Source: Eledone cirrhosa (Eukaryota). Taken from it: DNA of 64,000 nt. Below the pieces are notes generated by a model. It saw only the letters and a program-made list of their open reading frames with translations. It did not search any database and had not been told where the DNA came from. The stretch's first letter is position 1; the number at the start of each line of letters is the position of its first letter. The translations under genes and the position numbers were made by a program. Positions 1-15,533 of this stretch are shown here, one piece after another. The DNA lies in the NCBI GenBank assembly GCA_964016885.1, contig OZ024743.1:318556001-318620000 (forward strand). Direction: 5' to 3'.

Positions 1-2083
1 AAAGTATGGCGGGATGGGGGAAGTAGAGAAGACTATCAAGTGGCCAGGAGGGAAGCTAGGAGACAAGTGTACTTCGCAAGAAGGGAAGCAGAGGAAAGAA
101 AGTTCAAGCATGTTCTACAACGCGAGGACCAAAAACGTGAGGTGTTCAGGATTGCTAGGTAATGTGTCAAGGAAAACCGTGATATTGTCGGGGAGAAGTG
201 TGTCCTTAATGATGATGGTGTACTTGCCATCACTGAAGCTGATAAGAAGGTAGCCTGGAAGTGTCACTACGAAAGGCTACTAAATGAGGAGAATAAATGG
301 GAGAAATACAGTCTCCCCCACATCGACCCAATAGAGGGACCAGCAATGTTAGTCGAAAGTAGTATAATAAGTAAGGCAATCGAAGATATGAAGACGTGTA
401 AGGTGGCTGGGCCTTCGGAAATAGTTGCTGAAATGCTGAAAGCTTCTGGAACAGTGGGACACACTATGGTCACCCGGATAGTAAACCAAGTCGTACAGAA
501 TGGGGTTGTTCCGAAGGACTGGTGTAGCAGCAGCATCATTAACTGCTACAAGGGTAAAGGAGATGCCCTAGTTAGGGGTAACTATAGAGGCATTAAATTA
601 ATCGACCAGGTCATGAAGGTCACAGAAAAACTAATAGCGCAACTAATCAGAGAGCGAATTGATCTAGATGAAATGCAGTTCGGGTTTGTGTCAGGTAAAA
701 GTACCACAGACGCTCTTTTCATTGTACGACAACTACAGGAGAAGTACCTAGCTAAAAGTAAACCCCTATACTTAGCTTTTGTCGACTTGGAGAAAGCCTT
801 TGACAGAGTCCCCCGTTCCATTATCTGGTGGGCTCTAGGTGTTGATGAATGGCTTGTGAGAGCTATACAAGCCATGTATAAAGAAAAGTCAGCAAGGTTA
901 GAATTAACAACGAATATAGTGAAGAGTTTAGGGTAAAAAGTTGGTGTTCATCAGGGCTCCGTTCTTAGCCCCCTACTATTTATTATTGTCCTTCAAGCTA
1001 TAACAGTGGAGTTCAAGACCGGCTGCCCATGGGAACTCCTATACGCAGATGATCTAACGCTCATAGCTGAATCAATGGCTGAACTAGAGAAGAAATTCCA
1101 AACATGGAAGCATGGCCTAGAATCAAAAGGCCTTAAAATTAACCTGTCTAAGACTAAAGTTCTAGTTTGTAGGAAGGAAAATAGGGCACCGTTCCCATCC
1201 GGGAAATGGCCATGCTCAGTGTTTAGGAAAGGAGTAGGCAGAAACTCCATTTTATGTCCCAAATGCAAAGTATGGGTGCATAAAAGATGTAGTGGAATCA
1301 CAGGTAAGCTAACTAAGAATATAGATTTTATATGTGGCCGGTGCTCTGGTGCAATAAGTAGCAGCAAGTGCCCACAGAATACTAGCTCATTCCATTGCAC
1401 AGATGGTTCTATAGAAATAGTGGACACCTTCCGTTACTTGAGTGACAAAATCAGCAGTGGTGGAGGGTGTTCTGAAAGTACAGTAGCTAGAGTCAGAACT
1501 GGATGGAAAAAGTTCAGAGAGCTTATACCACTATTACCCGCTAAAGGGTTCTCTCTAAAAATGAAAGGCAGGCTGTATGATGCCTGCATACGAACAGCAA
1601 TGTTACATGGCAGTGAGACCTGGGTATTGTGTGCAGAGGATATACGCAGACTGGAGAGGAACGACGCTTGCATGCTCCGCTGGATGTGTAATAGTAATAT
1701 ACGTGAACGGCAAAGCATAAACGAACTAAGGGAAACATTAGAAATAAGAAGGATCAGATGTTCTTTACTCGAGAGAAGGCTACGTTGGTATGGTCACGTG
1801 ATGTGCATGAAAGACGACAGCTGTATAAAAAAGTGCTGGGCAATAAAAATAGACGGTAGCCACGGAGTAGGCAGACCCAGAAAAACCTGGGACGACTTGA
1901 TAAATTCCGACCTCACACACTTACACCTCTCCAAGACAATGTCACTGGACCGAGATCTTTGGCGCTACACAGTAATACAGAAGACCCGCCTTGCCTAAGT
2001 ACAAAGCGAGACCTACAGTCAGTAGGCACCTCTAACAAGAATACAACCCCGTCCCACTACCCCACCCCATCCACACCACCCCT
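1..2083 (+). mobile_element. RTE-clade LINE, family A, copy 1 (disabled; runs off the window start; 3' UTR cut by an insertion at ~2084)
   Basis: RT motifs in ORFs 346-936 and 1006-1998 (KGKGDAL..NYRGI, QFGF, FVDLEKAFD, LYADD, RLRWYGHV, GRPRKTW). Stop at 160-162 and frameshifts near 887-940. Confidence 0.95.
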
Positions 2084-2555
2084 TCATGCTCGATAGAATT
2101 AAAGAGAAGGGAGATTCTTTAAAAGCTAAAGTCATTAATTCTATCGAGCATGAATGACCCCCCACTGATTTTATAGACATCTGCTAGCTTAAGAGAAACT
2201 TATTGACAAGGAATGGTATGCCATCCGGAACCTGTTTATAGAATTCTGTCTGCCTTTGTTACTCTAAAAACATAAATAAATATAAATTAACTATAGCTTT
2301 GTAGAATTAGCTTTTAATGAATTCCCTTTTCTATCAACCAATGACCTGCACCCATCCCACACCCCACCCTCTCCTACCACTTGTAGAGACCTATAAATAC
2401 CATATTTATTTTTTGATACCCAGATTCCTGATGATTTCTAATGAATGAAACAGTTCTAGTCCTGTAGAATCTCATCTATATTAAAACTGTTATACTCTGC
2501 TATGTATTGAGTACCTTACTTACTGTGGTTACCTCCGATTCAACCCGGAATAACG
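2084..2555 (+). mobile_element. Non-coding PLE pseudo-LTR-type element with HHR (family H1)
   Basis: Interrupts the RTE 3' UTR. Short inverted repeat 2084-2102/2135-2153. Ends at ...ccggaataacg|(TA)n, the same terminus as the copy at 49057. Confidence 0.7.
2422..2472 (+). ncRNA. Type I hammerhead ribozyme (H1)
   Basis: agattc-CTGATGA-t ttc taat gaa t-GAAA-cag ttctagtc ctg-TA-gaatct: 6-bp stem I, short stem II, 3-bp stem III, GUA cleavage triplet. Confidence 0.85.
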
Positions 2556-3116
<561 letters not shown>

Positions 3117-3144
3117 AACAAAAGATGGTTAAAAGAGTTCCATG

Positions 3145-3215
3145 TATTTTATTATGCGCATTTCAAAAACAAACATCATCATGCAATAATATTTGTGTTT
3201 TCATCAGATAAAACA
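3145..3215 (-). ncRNA. Minimal type I hammerhead ribozyme (H2)
   Basis: Reverse complement tgttttat-CTGATGA-36-nt hairpin-GAAA-tgcgca-TA-ataaaata, with a palindromic loop 3 as in dimeric PLE HHRs. Confidence 0.85.
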
Positions 3216-3580
3216 GGAAGACATGATATGAAGGTTAAAAAACACTTGTGGATAGTGCAGTTTTAAATCAACATATGAAAAGTAGTTTTAGATTGATGTG
3301 TGATATTGGGAAAAATATTTTATTTTGAGGGGTGGGTGGGGTGGAAAGGATGAAAAAGAGGAGGAGATGGGAGTAAAAAGTGGATAGGGAGGAGTATAAT
3401 GAGGAAGGATGAGATAGGAGGAGAGATGGGTGATAGAGAGAGAGAGATAGCTTTTATAACTGCGAAAGATATATTGTTTTACATAGAGAGGTTGAAAACC
3501 GTTGGAAGATAATGTATAAATTAAAAGAATTTGAAAATTAACGAAGAGAAAAATAATGTAAAGTTAAGGTTTGTATATTG

Positions 3581-3868
3581 AAGGGTTTAATAATATGTGC
3601 GATGAAAAGTAAATGTTAATATGTATTAAGAATAATATTTAAGGGTTTAATAATATGTGCGATGGAAAGAAAAAGTTAATATGTATTAAGAATAATATTT
3701 AAGGGTTTAATAATATGTGCGATGAAAAGAAAATGTTAATATGTATTAAGAATAATATTTAAGGGTTTAATAATATGTGCGATGGAAAGAAAAAGTTAAT
3801 ATGTATTAAGAATAATATTTAAGGGTTTAATAATATGTGCGATGGAAAGAAAATGTTGATATGTATTA
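3581..3868. repeat. 60-bp minisatellite, ~4.8 copies, in the PLE 3' UTR
   Basis: aagggtttaataatatgtgcgatg... recurs at 3581, 3641, 3701, 3761 and 3821. Confidence 0.95.
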
Positions 3869-5446
3869 TTAAAAAGAACAACAGGTAATTTAAGTAAGGA
3901 TATATTGTGAGATGAGCACGAATAAGTTAGATGAAAGGGAGAAAAGAATAATGAATTGAGGATGAATAATCTAATGTCAAAAAAATGTTTATGTTTACGA
4001 AGGATTTTTACAAGGTGATATAGAGTAAGAATGTATTGTATTATGTAATAATTGTTTCTATGTTAGGCAACAGTGAGAAAAGGTACAGATTAGGGGTTAG
4101 ACATTAAAAGAAAAAGAGAAGAAAGGGAAGTGATAAATAGGAGCGATATAGAATGAGTAACAAGTATTATAGAATGAGTAACAAGTATTATATAATGTAT
4201 AATAAAAACTTTGAAATAAGGTAGAAAGATGGGTATATTTTTAAAGAAGTGTATATATATATATGTGCCTTTGAGAAAAAGATTCTAAATTGATAAAGTT
4301 TTGGATATTAGCTGTATACTTTGTGGAATGTTTTGTGGAATTTATGCAAGCAGATAGAAAACAAGTCAGTGCGTCTATTTATTATAGAATCTAAATTAGA
4401 TATAATGGTAAATTTTTCATTTAGACAGAGATTGCAAATCTTGGATAGAGAACTGTTCAAGTATGGAGACGCAGAAGAAACCTTCTTCCAAAAGATGCTA
4501 TATTTAATATTTTTGTCTTTCAAGGACCATATGAGTTCTGAGAGAGCCGTGTTGGTTCTTTTAAGTTTGTATTTAAAAGACGAATGATGGTTATAAAGAC
4601 GAGCTTTAAAGGAGGTGGAAGTGGAGCCAAAATAGGTGAAGGAATTAGTGTCAGTTATAACTTTACATTCGTAAATTAAGTTTTTATCAAGACAATGGTT
4701 GTTGAGAGGACATTTATTTTTAACAGGGCAATTGCATTTGCGATTAGAGAGATTATTAACGAGTGACCTAGTGTTATCTATAGAAGGAATTGGATTGGAG
4801 AAGTTATTTGCGATAGGAATAATAGTTTCTTGATTTAGAATGGGATTAAGAACATTTATCAAAGTTGTGTTTGACGTTGTATTTGGTTTGCAGAAATTAG
4901 CCTAGGGTTTACAATGACGTCGGGAGTACTATTACTATTATTATGATATTCAGTGTTGGAAGGAAGAGATTTAGTATTTAGTATTTTATTGTTGTGTTTA
5001 GAGATAATGTTGGAAATGTTGGAGGATGTAGAATAGGAAAATTTTATAGTGTGTTTGTTAAATATTTTACTATAGATATGTGAGGGAGGGAAGCATTTAT
5101 TTAAGGCACTAAAGAATAATTTAGGAATATTATTATTAATAGAGATGGAGAAAGGAGCATTATACCAGATTATGTTTTTGTATCTAGGTCTTTTATTAAA
5201 GTTATTGGAATGATCATGATTAATTATTCTACTGTAAGATCTTCTAGAATTTGTTTCTTTACTATATTTGATTTTATCTGGATAGCCGGCTTTAGAAAGC
5301 GCGTTATTATAGTAATTGGCGTTAGCATCAAAGATGTTTTTATTTGTTCTTATATATTATGTATACTCCAGTCCTACAAACTGTAGAGTGCTTCTTATCC
5401 GATATCTGCATTGCTTTATTGTACCACAATAAAACTCACCTCCTAC

Positions 5447-5515
<69 letters not shown>

Positions 5516-5523
5516 TATGTATA

Positions 5524-8002
<2,479 letters not shown>

Positions 8003-8007
<5 letters not shown>

Positions 8008-8305
8008 AGATGAAATCGAAAATGCAACTGGAGTCTTATGTAAAAGAAAATATATATATTTATTTGGATCCTTGACAGGTTTTGCAGTTCTTCTGCTTTT
8101 CAAAGGTAGTGTTGAGATGGAGGGTCTGTGGTTCTTCTCACATCTGATGTTTTTCTCACGCAGATGTGATAAAAACCACAGACCCTCCATCTCAACTCTA
8201 CTTTTGAAAAGCAGAAGAACTGCGAAACCGGTAAAGGAAGCAAATAAATATATATATTTTTTTTAAAACAAGACTCCATTTGCATTTTCGATTTCATCTT
8301 TTTTT
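8003..8305. repeat. Imperfect palindrome (~143-bp arms), PLE inverted pseudo-LTR-like, with variant HHR (H3)
   Basis: 8003-8145 is the reverse complement of 8161-8305 with scattered mismatches. The left end abuts (TA)n. Confidence 0.9.
8201..8237 (+). ncRNA. Candidate minimal hammerhead with U3-A8 core
   Basis: ctt-TTGAAAA-gcag aagaa ctgc-GAAA-ccgg-TA-aag. Perfect stem II and palindromic loop 3, but stem I is only 3 bp. Confidence 0.6.
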
Positions 8306-8809
8306 CTTTATACTTTCAGTCGTGTAGGACACCTCAGTTATTTTTCATTTTGTAAAAAATTCCTCACTTTCTAATATAGTCTACTTCTAAGAAATGTAAC
8401 GTACATATTTCATTTTCTTCTCAACTCTCCACCCCACCTTTCAGTTCATTCATCTATATATCTATAATCCCCCAGAATAAAAAAAAATCGTATTCATAAT
8501 TGTCTTTCTATAATTCTGTCTCACTGTTCTAAAAATCTTCTCCACGTTGTTCTAAATAATATTCCCGCAACCATTTTGGCCGAAAAAGTTTTTCCAGGAT
8601 TCATAGAAATGGCCTCTCTCTCTCGGCCCGCAAAAATCGCCTCTCACCCTCTCACTCTCTCACTATCATATACGTCGCTTCTCTCACTCCCCCTCACTCC
8701 CAGCCAACCAAATATAAATAAGTCTGCTCCTCGCAAACTACCCCATACCCCTCCCTCTCGCCCCCATTCTCCACCTTATTATTTGGACCAATCACAAGTC
8801 AACGGCCTA

Positions 8810-11800
8810 TGCTATCACTTCTGGTTGCTTTTCGATATGATGGATGAACTAGGGAATTTCTGGAGTGTCTGAAGAATCTGGACACCCAAAGACAATGCAA
8901 AAGATAACGACAAATTCACCTCATGCTGCCGGACGAAAGGGCAAGGCCCCCCCCTCTTTGTTGCGGCCGCGGATGGCCAACATAACCCCAACCCCATCCA
9001 CCTAAATCCCTCCCTGCACCCCACCCACCAAACGCAATCCAAAACATCAGAGTTGGTACCATGAATGTAGGGACCTTAAAAGGCCGCTCTAACGAGGTTG
9101 TTGAAATGCTTGAACGTAAGGAGGTTGATGTTTGCTGTATCCAAGAGACCAGGTGGAGGGGCGGGTCTGCTAGATTCGTTGTGGGTAAAAAACGATGCTA
9201 TAAGCTTTTCTGGGTGGAAAATGACAATGGGCTGGGTGGGGTAGGAATCATGTTAGCAGAAAAATGGGTGGATAAGATAATAGACGTAAATAGAGTAAAC
9301 GACAGAATAATTAAAATAAGACTTGTTCTAAATAGAACTACTGTGACGATAATATCTGCGTACGCACCCCAATCCGGACTGCCTGGCACTATAAAAGACA
9401 GTTTCTATGAGACACTGATGCTCACTACCTCCCAAATAACCGACAGTGACTATATAATTATTGCTGGCGACCTAAATGGTCACGTTGGACAACATTGTGA
9501 CGGCTATGATGGAATCCACGGAGGCTATGGGTTTGGTACTAAAAATGAGGAAGTCTCCAGAATCCTGGAATTCTGTGACGCAAATAACCTAACTGTCTGT
9601 AACACTAACTTCAAAAAACGAGACAATCACTTGATCACCTACAGATCAGGGGAACATACCAGCCAGTTAGATTATATCCTTACCAGAAGACGTGACAGAG
9701 TGTCTGTTGTAAACACTAAATCCCTCCCCCATGAAGAATGCACCTCCCAACATAGACTGATAATTAGCGACCTCATAGTCAGGACGAGACGTACTCGACA
9801 GCAGAAGAGGACTATCCTCAGGAGAAAAATATGGAAGCTAAAGGACCCCACCGCCAGAAATAAATTTCAAAGCATATTATTGATGCTTTCGACAGTAAGG
9901 AAGAGCATTTAGAGTCGTACAATATAGAGGAACAGTGGGAATTCCTGAAAGCAAACCTGCTGATGGCGGCAGACGAAGTCTGTGGCCGGAGCAGGCCTAT
10001 AGGCAGGAGGAGAGTAACATGGTGGTGGAACAGTAAGGTGGAGGAGTCAATTAAGGCCAAAAAGCAGGCTTGGAAAGTATGGCGGGATGGGGGAAGTAGA
10101 GAAGACTATCAAGTGGCCAGGAGGGAAGCTAGGAGACAAGTGTACTTCGCAAGAAGGGAAGCAGAGGAAAGAAAGTTCAAGCATGTTCTACAACGCGAGG
10201 ACCAAAAACGTGAGGTGTTCAGGATTGCTAGGCAATGTGTCAAGGAAAACCGTGATATTGTCGGGGAGAAGTGTGTACTTAATGATAATGGCGTACTTGC
10301 CATCACTGAAGCTGATAAGAAGGTAGCTTGGAAGTGTCACTACGAAAGGATACTAAAATGAGGAGAATAAATGGGTGAAATACAGTCTCCCCCACATCGA
10401 CCCAATAGAGGGACCAGCAGTGTTAGTCGAAGGTAGTATAATAAGTAAGGCAATCAAAGATATGAAGACGGGTAAGGCGGCTGGGCCTTCGGAAATAGTT
10501 GCTGAGATGCTGAAAGCCTCTGGAACGGTGGGACACACCATGGTCACCCGGATAGTAAACCAAGTCATACAGAATGTGGTTGTTCCGAAGGACTGGCGTA
10601 GCAGCATCATCATTAACTGTTACAAGGGTAAAGGAGATGCTCTAGATAGGAGTAACTATAGAGGCATTAAATTAATCGACCAGGTCATGAAGGTCACGGA
10701 AAAAGTAATAGCGCAACTAATCAGAGAGAGAATTGATCTAGATGAAATGCAGTTCGGGTTTGTGTCAGGAAGAAGTACCACAGACGCTCTTTTCATTGTA
10801 CGACAACTAGAGAAGTACCTAGCTAAAAGTAAACCCCTATACTTAGCTTTTGTCGACTTGGAGAAAGCCTTCGACAGAGTCCCCCGTTCCATTATCTGGT
10901 GGGCTCTTAGAAAACTAGGTGTTGATGAATGGCTTGTGAGAGCTATACAAGCCATGTATAAAGAAACAGTCAGCAAGGTTAGAATTAACAACGAATATAG
11001 TGAAGAGTTTAGCGTAAAAGTTGGTGTTCATCAGGGCTCTGTTCTTAGCCCCCTACTATTTATTATTGCCTTTCAGGCTATAACAGTGGAGTTCAAGAGC
11101 GGCTGCCCATGGGAACTCCTATACGCAGATGATCTAACGCTCATAGCTGAATCAATGGCCGAGCTAGAGAAGAAATTCCAAACATGGAAGCACGGCCTAG
11201 AATCAAAAGACCTTAAAATTAACCTGGCTAAGACTAAAGTTCTAGTTTGTAGGAAAGAAAATAAGGCGCCGGTTCCTTCCGGGAAATGGCTATGCTCAGT
11301 GTGTAGGAAAGGCGTAGGTAGAAACTCCATTTTATGTCCCAAATGCAAAGTATGGGTGCATAAAAGATGTAGTGGGATCACAGGTTAGCTAACTAAGAAC
11401 ATAGATTTTACATGTGGCCGGTGCTCTGGTGCAATAAGTAGCAGCAAGTGCCCACAGAATACTAGCTCTTTCAATTGCGCAGAGCGTTCTATAGAAATAG
11501 TGGACAGCTTCCGTTACCTGGGTGACAAAATCAGCATTGGTGGAGGGTGCTCTGAAAGTACAGTAGCTAGAGTCAGAACTGGATGGAAAAAGTTCAGAGA
11601 GCTTATACCACTATTAGGCGCTAAAGGGTTCTCCCTAAAAATTAAAGGCAGGTTGTATGATGCCTGCATACGAACAGCAATGTTGCATGGCAGTGAGACC
11701 TGGGCATTGTGTGCAGAGGATATACGCAGACTAGAGAGGAACGAAGCTTGCATGCTCCGCTGGATGTGTAATAGTAATATACGTGAACGGCAAAGCATTA

Positions 11801-12473
11801 ACAAACTAAGGGAAAAATTAGAAATAAGAGGGATCAGATGTTGTTTACTTGAGAGAAGGCTACGTTGGTATGGTCACGTGATGCGCATGAAAGACGACAG
11901 CTGTATAAAAAAGTGCTGGGCAATAAAGATAGACGGTAGCCACGGAGTAGGCAGACCCAGAAAAACCTGGGACGACTTGATAAATTTCGACCTCACACAC
12001 TTACACCTCTCCAAGACAATGTCACTGGACCGAGATCTTTGGCGGTACTCAGTAATAGAGAAGACCCGCCTTACCTAAATACAAAGTAAAACCTACTACA
12101 GTCAGTAGGCACCTCTAACAAAATACACCCCGTCCCACCACCCCCGCCCCATCCACACCGCCCCTTTCAATGTAAAATTATGTTGGTGCCACAACATCCA
12201 GGCCGAAACAAATGAGGTCGTGTAGGTGTCACGACAAAAAAAAAACAAAAAAAAAAACACACAGTCCACGCTGTAATGTGGCCATGTAGGTAACACGGTA
12301 AAAACCTCCCAGTCCCACACTGTAAATGTGGTTGGTGTTAGGAAGGGCATCCAGCTGTAGAAAACCCGCCAGACAGTCCTATGCGAGCAAGACAACCACT
12401 CTTGCCTCAAGTGGGAAAACTCCCGTCCAAACCCATGCAAGTGTGGAATATGGACATTAAACGATGATGATGA
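8810..12473 (+). mobile_element. RTE LINE family A, copy 2, near full-length (APE endonuclease + RT), several stops/frameshifts; 5' boundary uncertain
   Basis: APE motifs IRVGTMNVGTL, IQETRW, AYAPQ, GDLNGHVG, QLDYIL, SQHR (9061-9912). RT in 10375-11388 and 11500-12078. 3' UTR with (GAT)n tail at 12463-12473. Confidence 0.95.
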
Positions 12474-12494
12474 TATATATATATATACATATAT

Positions 12495-12532
<38 letters not shown>

Positions 12533-12605
12533 TACAATATATATATATACGTATATACAATATATATATATATATATATACACATATATACAATATATAT
12601 ATATA

Positions 12606-14728
12606 TCATCATCATCACCGTTTTACGTCCGTTCTTCCACACTAGCATGGGTTAGACGGGTTGTCCTGTTGTGGGCAGTATCTGCTCGGCTGACCATGCC
12701 TTGCTCATACAGGAACTGATTTGGCTTGATTTCTACAGCTGGATGCCCTTCCTAACACCAACCTCATTTACAGTGAGTGCTGGGTGCTCTTTCGTGGCGC
12801 CTACACGTCCACTTTACTGTGTGGGCTGGGTGCTTTTTTGCCGTGGCACCTCTACGACCACCTTGCAGTGGGAGGGTGTGGGGGCATATTGTCTATATGC
12901 TTCAGCTTGTACCCATGGGAGGTCGGCTACTCTGTATTACTGCGTGACGCCAGAGTTCACGGTCGTGTGTCATCGCCTTGGAGAGGTGTAATTAGGTAAA
13001 GTCGGCTTTTATCACCTCATCCCAGGTCATCTTGGGTCTCCCCACTCCGCAGTTTCCATCGACTTCTAGTGATCTGCACCTTTTTATGCAGCTGTCATCC
13101 TTCATACGCATCACATGTCCATACCAACGCAACCACCTCTCCTGCACACAGCATTTGATTTCTCTTATGCTCAGTCTCTCTCTCAATTCATTTATAATTT
13201 GTCGTTCGCGTATATTACTATTACACATCCATCGGAGCATGCAGGCTTCGTTTCTCTCTAATCATTTTGAGGGAGAAGCCTTTTGCAGCTAGCAGTGGCA
13301 GTAGTTCCCTGAACTTCTTCCATCCCGTTCTTACCCTAGTTATTGTACTTTCTGAACACCCACCTCCGCTGCTAATTCGGTCACCTAGGTAGCAGAAGCT
13401 GTCTACTGTCTATACAGAGCCCTCCCAGAGATTGGTGGTACTTGTTTCCTGTAGCTGTTTGCTGCTTGCTGTCCCAGTACAGCTGCTGCATGTGAAGCCT
13501 ACATTCTTAATTAAGCTTCCTGAGATCCCGCTACATCTCTTGTGTACCCATTGTTTGCATTTGGGGCAGAGAATGGAGTTGCTACCTACACCTTTCCTAT
13601 ACACTGAGCAAAGCCATTTCCCTGAGGGGATCTGGGTTCTGTTTTCTCGTTTACTTACAAGGACCTTAGTCTTTGTCATGTTGACTTTGAGACCCTCTCT
13701 TTCTAGTCCCTGCTTCCAATTTTGGAATTTCTTCTCTAGTTCTACCATAGTTTCAGCTATAAGTGCGAGGTCATCAGCATACAGGAGTTGCCATGGGCAT
13801 CCGGTCTTAAACTCCTCCGTTATTGCCTGCAGGACTATGATGAACAGGAGAGGGCTAAGAACAGAGCCCTGGTGGACCCCAACCTGTACGCTAAATTCCT
13901 CGCTATACTCATTGTTAACCCTAACTTTCCTGACTGCTCCCCTATACATGGCTTGTACAGCTTTCACAAGCCATTCATCTACTCCTAGTTTTCTAAGAGC
14001 CCACCAGATTACAGCACGTGGAACTCTGTCAAAGGCTTTCTCGAGATCGACGAATGCCAGGTAGAGTGGCTGACGTTTAGCTAGGTACTTTTCCTGTAAC
14101 TGCCTCACAAGAAAGAGGGCATCAGTGGTGCCTCTTCCTGGTACAAACCCAAATTGCATCTCATCTAGTTTCACCCAGTCCCTAATCAACTGTGCTATAA
14201 CTCTTTCCATTACTTTCATGACCTGGTGCATCAGCTTTATACCTCTATAGTTTCCTTTATCGAGTGCATCACCTTTACCTTTGTAGCAGTTGACAATGAT
14301 GCTACTGCACCAATTTTTTGGTATGACACCTTCTAGTATTACCTGGGTAACAATACGTGTAGTTATAGTGTGACCTACAGACCCAGATGCCTTCAGCATC
14401 TCGGCAGCTATACCCGATGGACCGGTTGCCTTCCCCATCTTCATATCTTTGATTGCCTTATTTACTACGCTGCTGCTGACTTGTTTTGCTGGCCCCTCTA
14501 TAGGGTCTACTTGGGGTAGGGTCTTTTTTCCCATGCATTCTCCTCGTTTAGTAATCTTTCATAATGGCTCTTCCATGCAGCTTTCTTCTCGGCACTTGTG
14601 AGCGCAAGCTCACCTTTATCATTCCGGATACACTTCGCTCCAATGACATCACAATTCTCTCTGACACACTGCCTCGCAATCTTGAACACCTCCTGTTTCT
14701 GGTCCTTAGGTTGCAAAACATGCTTGAA
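12606..14728 (-). mobile_element. RTE LINE family C, copy 1 (5'-truncated, internal deletion near 13260)
   Basis: RT ORFs 13410-14534 (LYADD) and 12992-13240. (CAT)n tail at 12606. Tail-to-tail with family A copy 2 across (TA)n. Confidence 0.93.
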
Positions 14729-14761
<33 letters not shown>

Positions 14762-14762
14762 T

Positions 14763-14844
<82 letters not shown>

Positions 14845-14898
14845 TATAATATATATATAATATATATAATATATATACATATATATAATATATATATA

Positions 14899-14967
<69 letters not shown>

Positions 14968-14983
14968 TATATATATATAATAT

Positions 14984-15048
<65 letters not shown>
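14729..15048. repeat. (TA)n microsatellite with TAA interruptions
   Basis: Direct reading. Confidence 0.95.
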
Positions 15049-15051
<3 letters not shown>

Positions 15052-15255
15052 GGAGGTGAGTTTTATTGTAGTACAATAAAGCAATGCAGATAAGTTGATT
15101 TAAAACTGCACTATCCACAAGTGTTTTTTAGCCTTCATATCATGTTCTCCTATTTCATCTGATGAAAACACAAATATTATTGCATGATGATGTTTGTTTT
15201 TGAAATGCGCATAATAAAATACATGGAACTCCTTTAACCATCTTTTGATCTTATA
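15049..15255 (+). mobile_element. 207-bp mini-element of the H2 PLE family (inverted 44-nt tail + HHR-bearing 3' end)
   Basis: 15049-15092 matches the reverse complement of ~5403-5446, and ~15094-15254 matches the reverse complement of ~3113-3272. HHR at 15151-15221. (TA)n on both sides. Confidence 0.88.
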
Positions 15256-15475
15256 TTATATATATATATATATATATATATTCAGGTTTGAGGTTCACCA
15301 CTGTATAGAGCTGGTCTATTCCGTATGGTCAATCGTAATGCAATAATATAGAGAGTACTCAACGTAAAGCAGTTCAACCGTCTTTGTTTTTGTAGTTGGT
15401 GGTGCTATTACGGAGTTAAATATTATAATGAAATGACAGGAGGCTGGATTTGTGTAAATCCTTGAAAGGTTTATT

Positions 15476-15533
15476 ATACTATGATCATTTCAATGACCGG
15501 GTTCCGTATGAATCCGGTGATATCATCAGGTAT
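15476..15533 (-). ncRNA. Minimal type I hammerhead (H4, left arm)
   Basis: Reverse complement of 17502-17559. Confidence 0.85.

Larger units (their letters stand above)
3115..5446 (-). mobile_element. 5'-truncated Penelope-like element (Hydra-like) with long 3' UTR, HHR and inverted terminal tail (5343-5446)
   Basis: Minus-strand peptides WYNAPFS..KCFPPSHIYSKIFNKHTIKFSYS and GIY-YIG region CNC..CPL..CL..LIYECKV..YFGST..FKARLYNH..CNLC..ICLH (ORF 4308-4862). Both ends lie in (TA)n. Confidence 0.88.

Noticed and set aside
3581-3868. Regular repeats as CRISPR-like arrays (also 48534-48658)
   Set aside because: They are head-to-tail minisatellites with no unique spacers, in a eukaryotic context with no cas genes.
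8310-9060. HDV-like ribozyme at the RTE 5' end
   Set aside because: Known for some RTEs, but I could not build the nested double pseudoknot by eye, and the 5' boundary is undefined.
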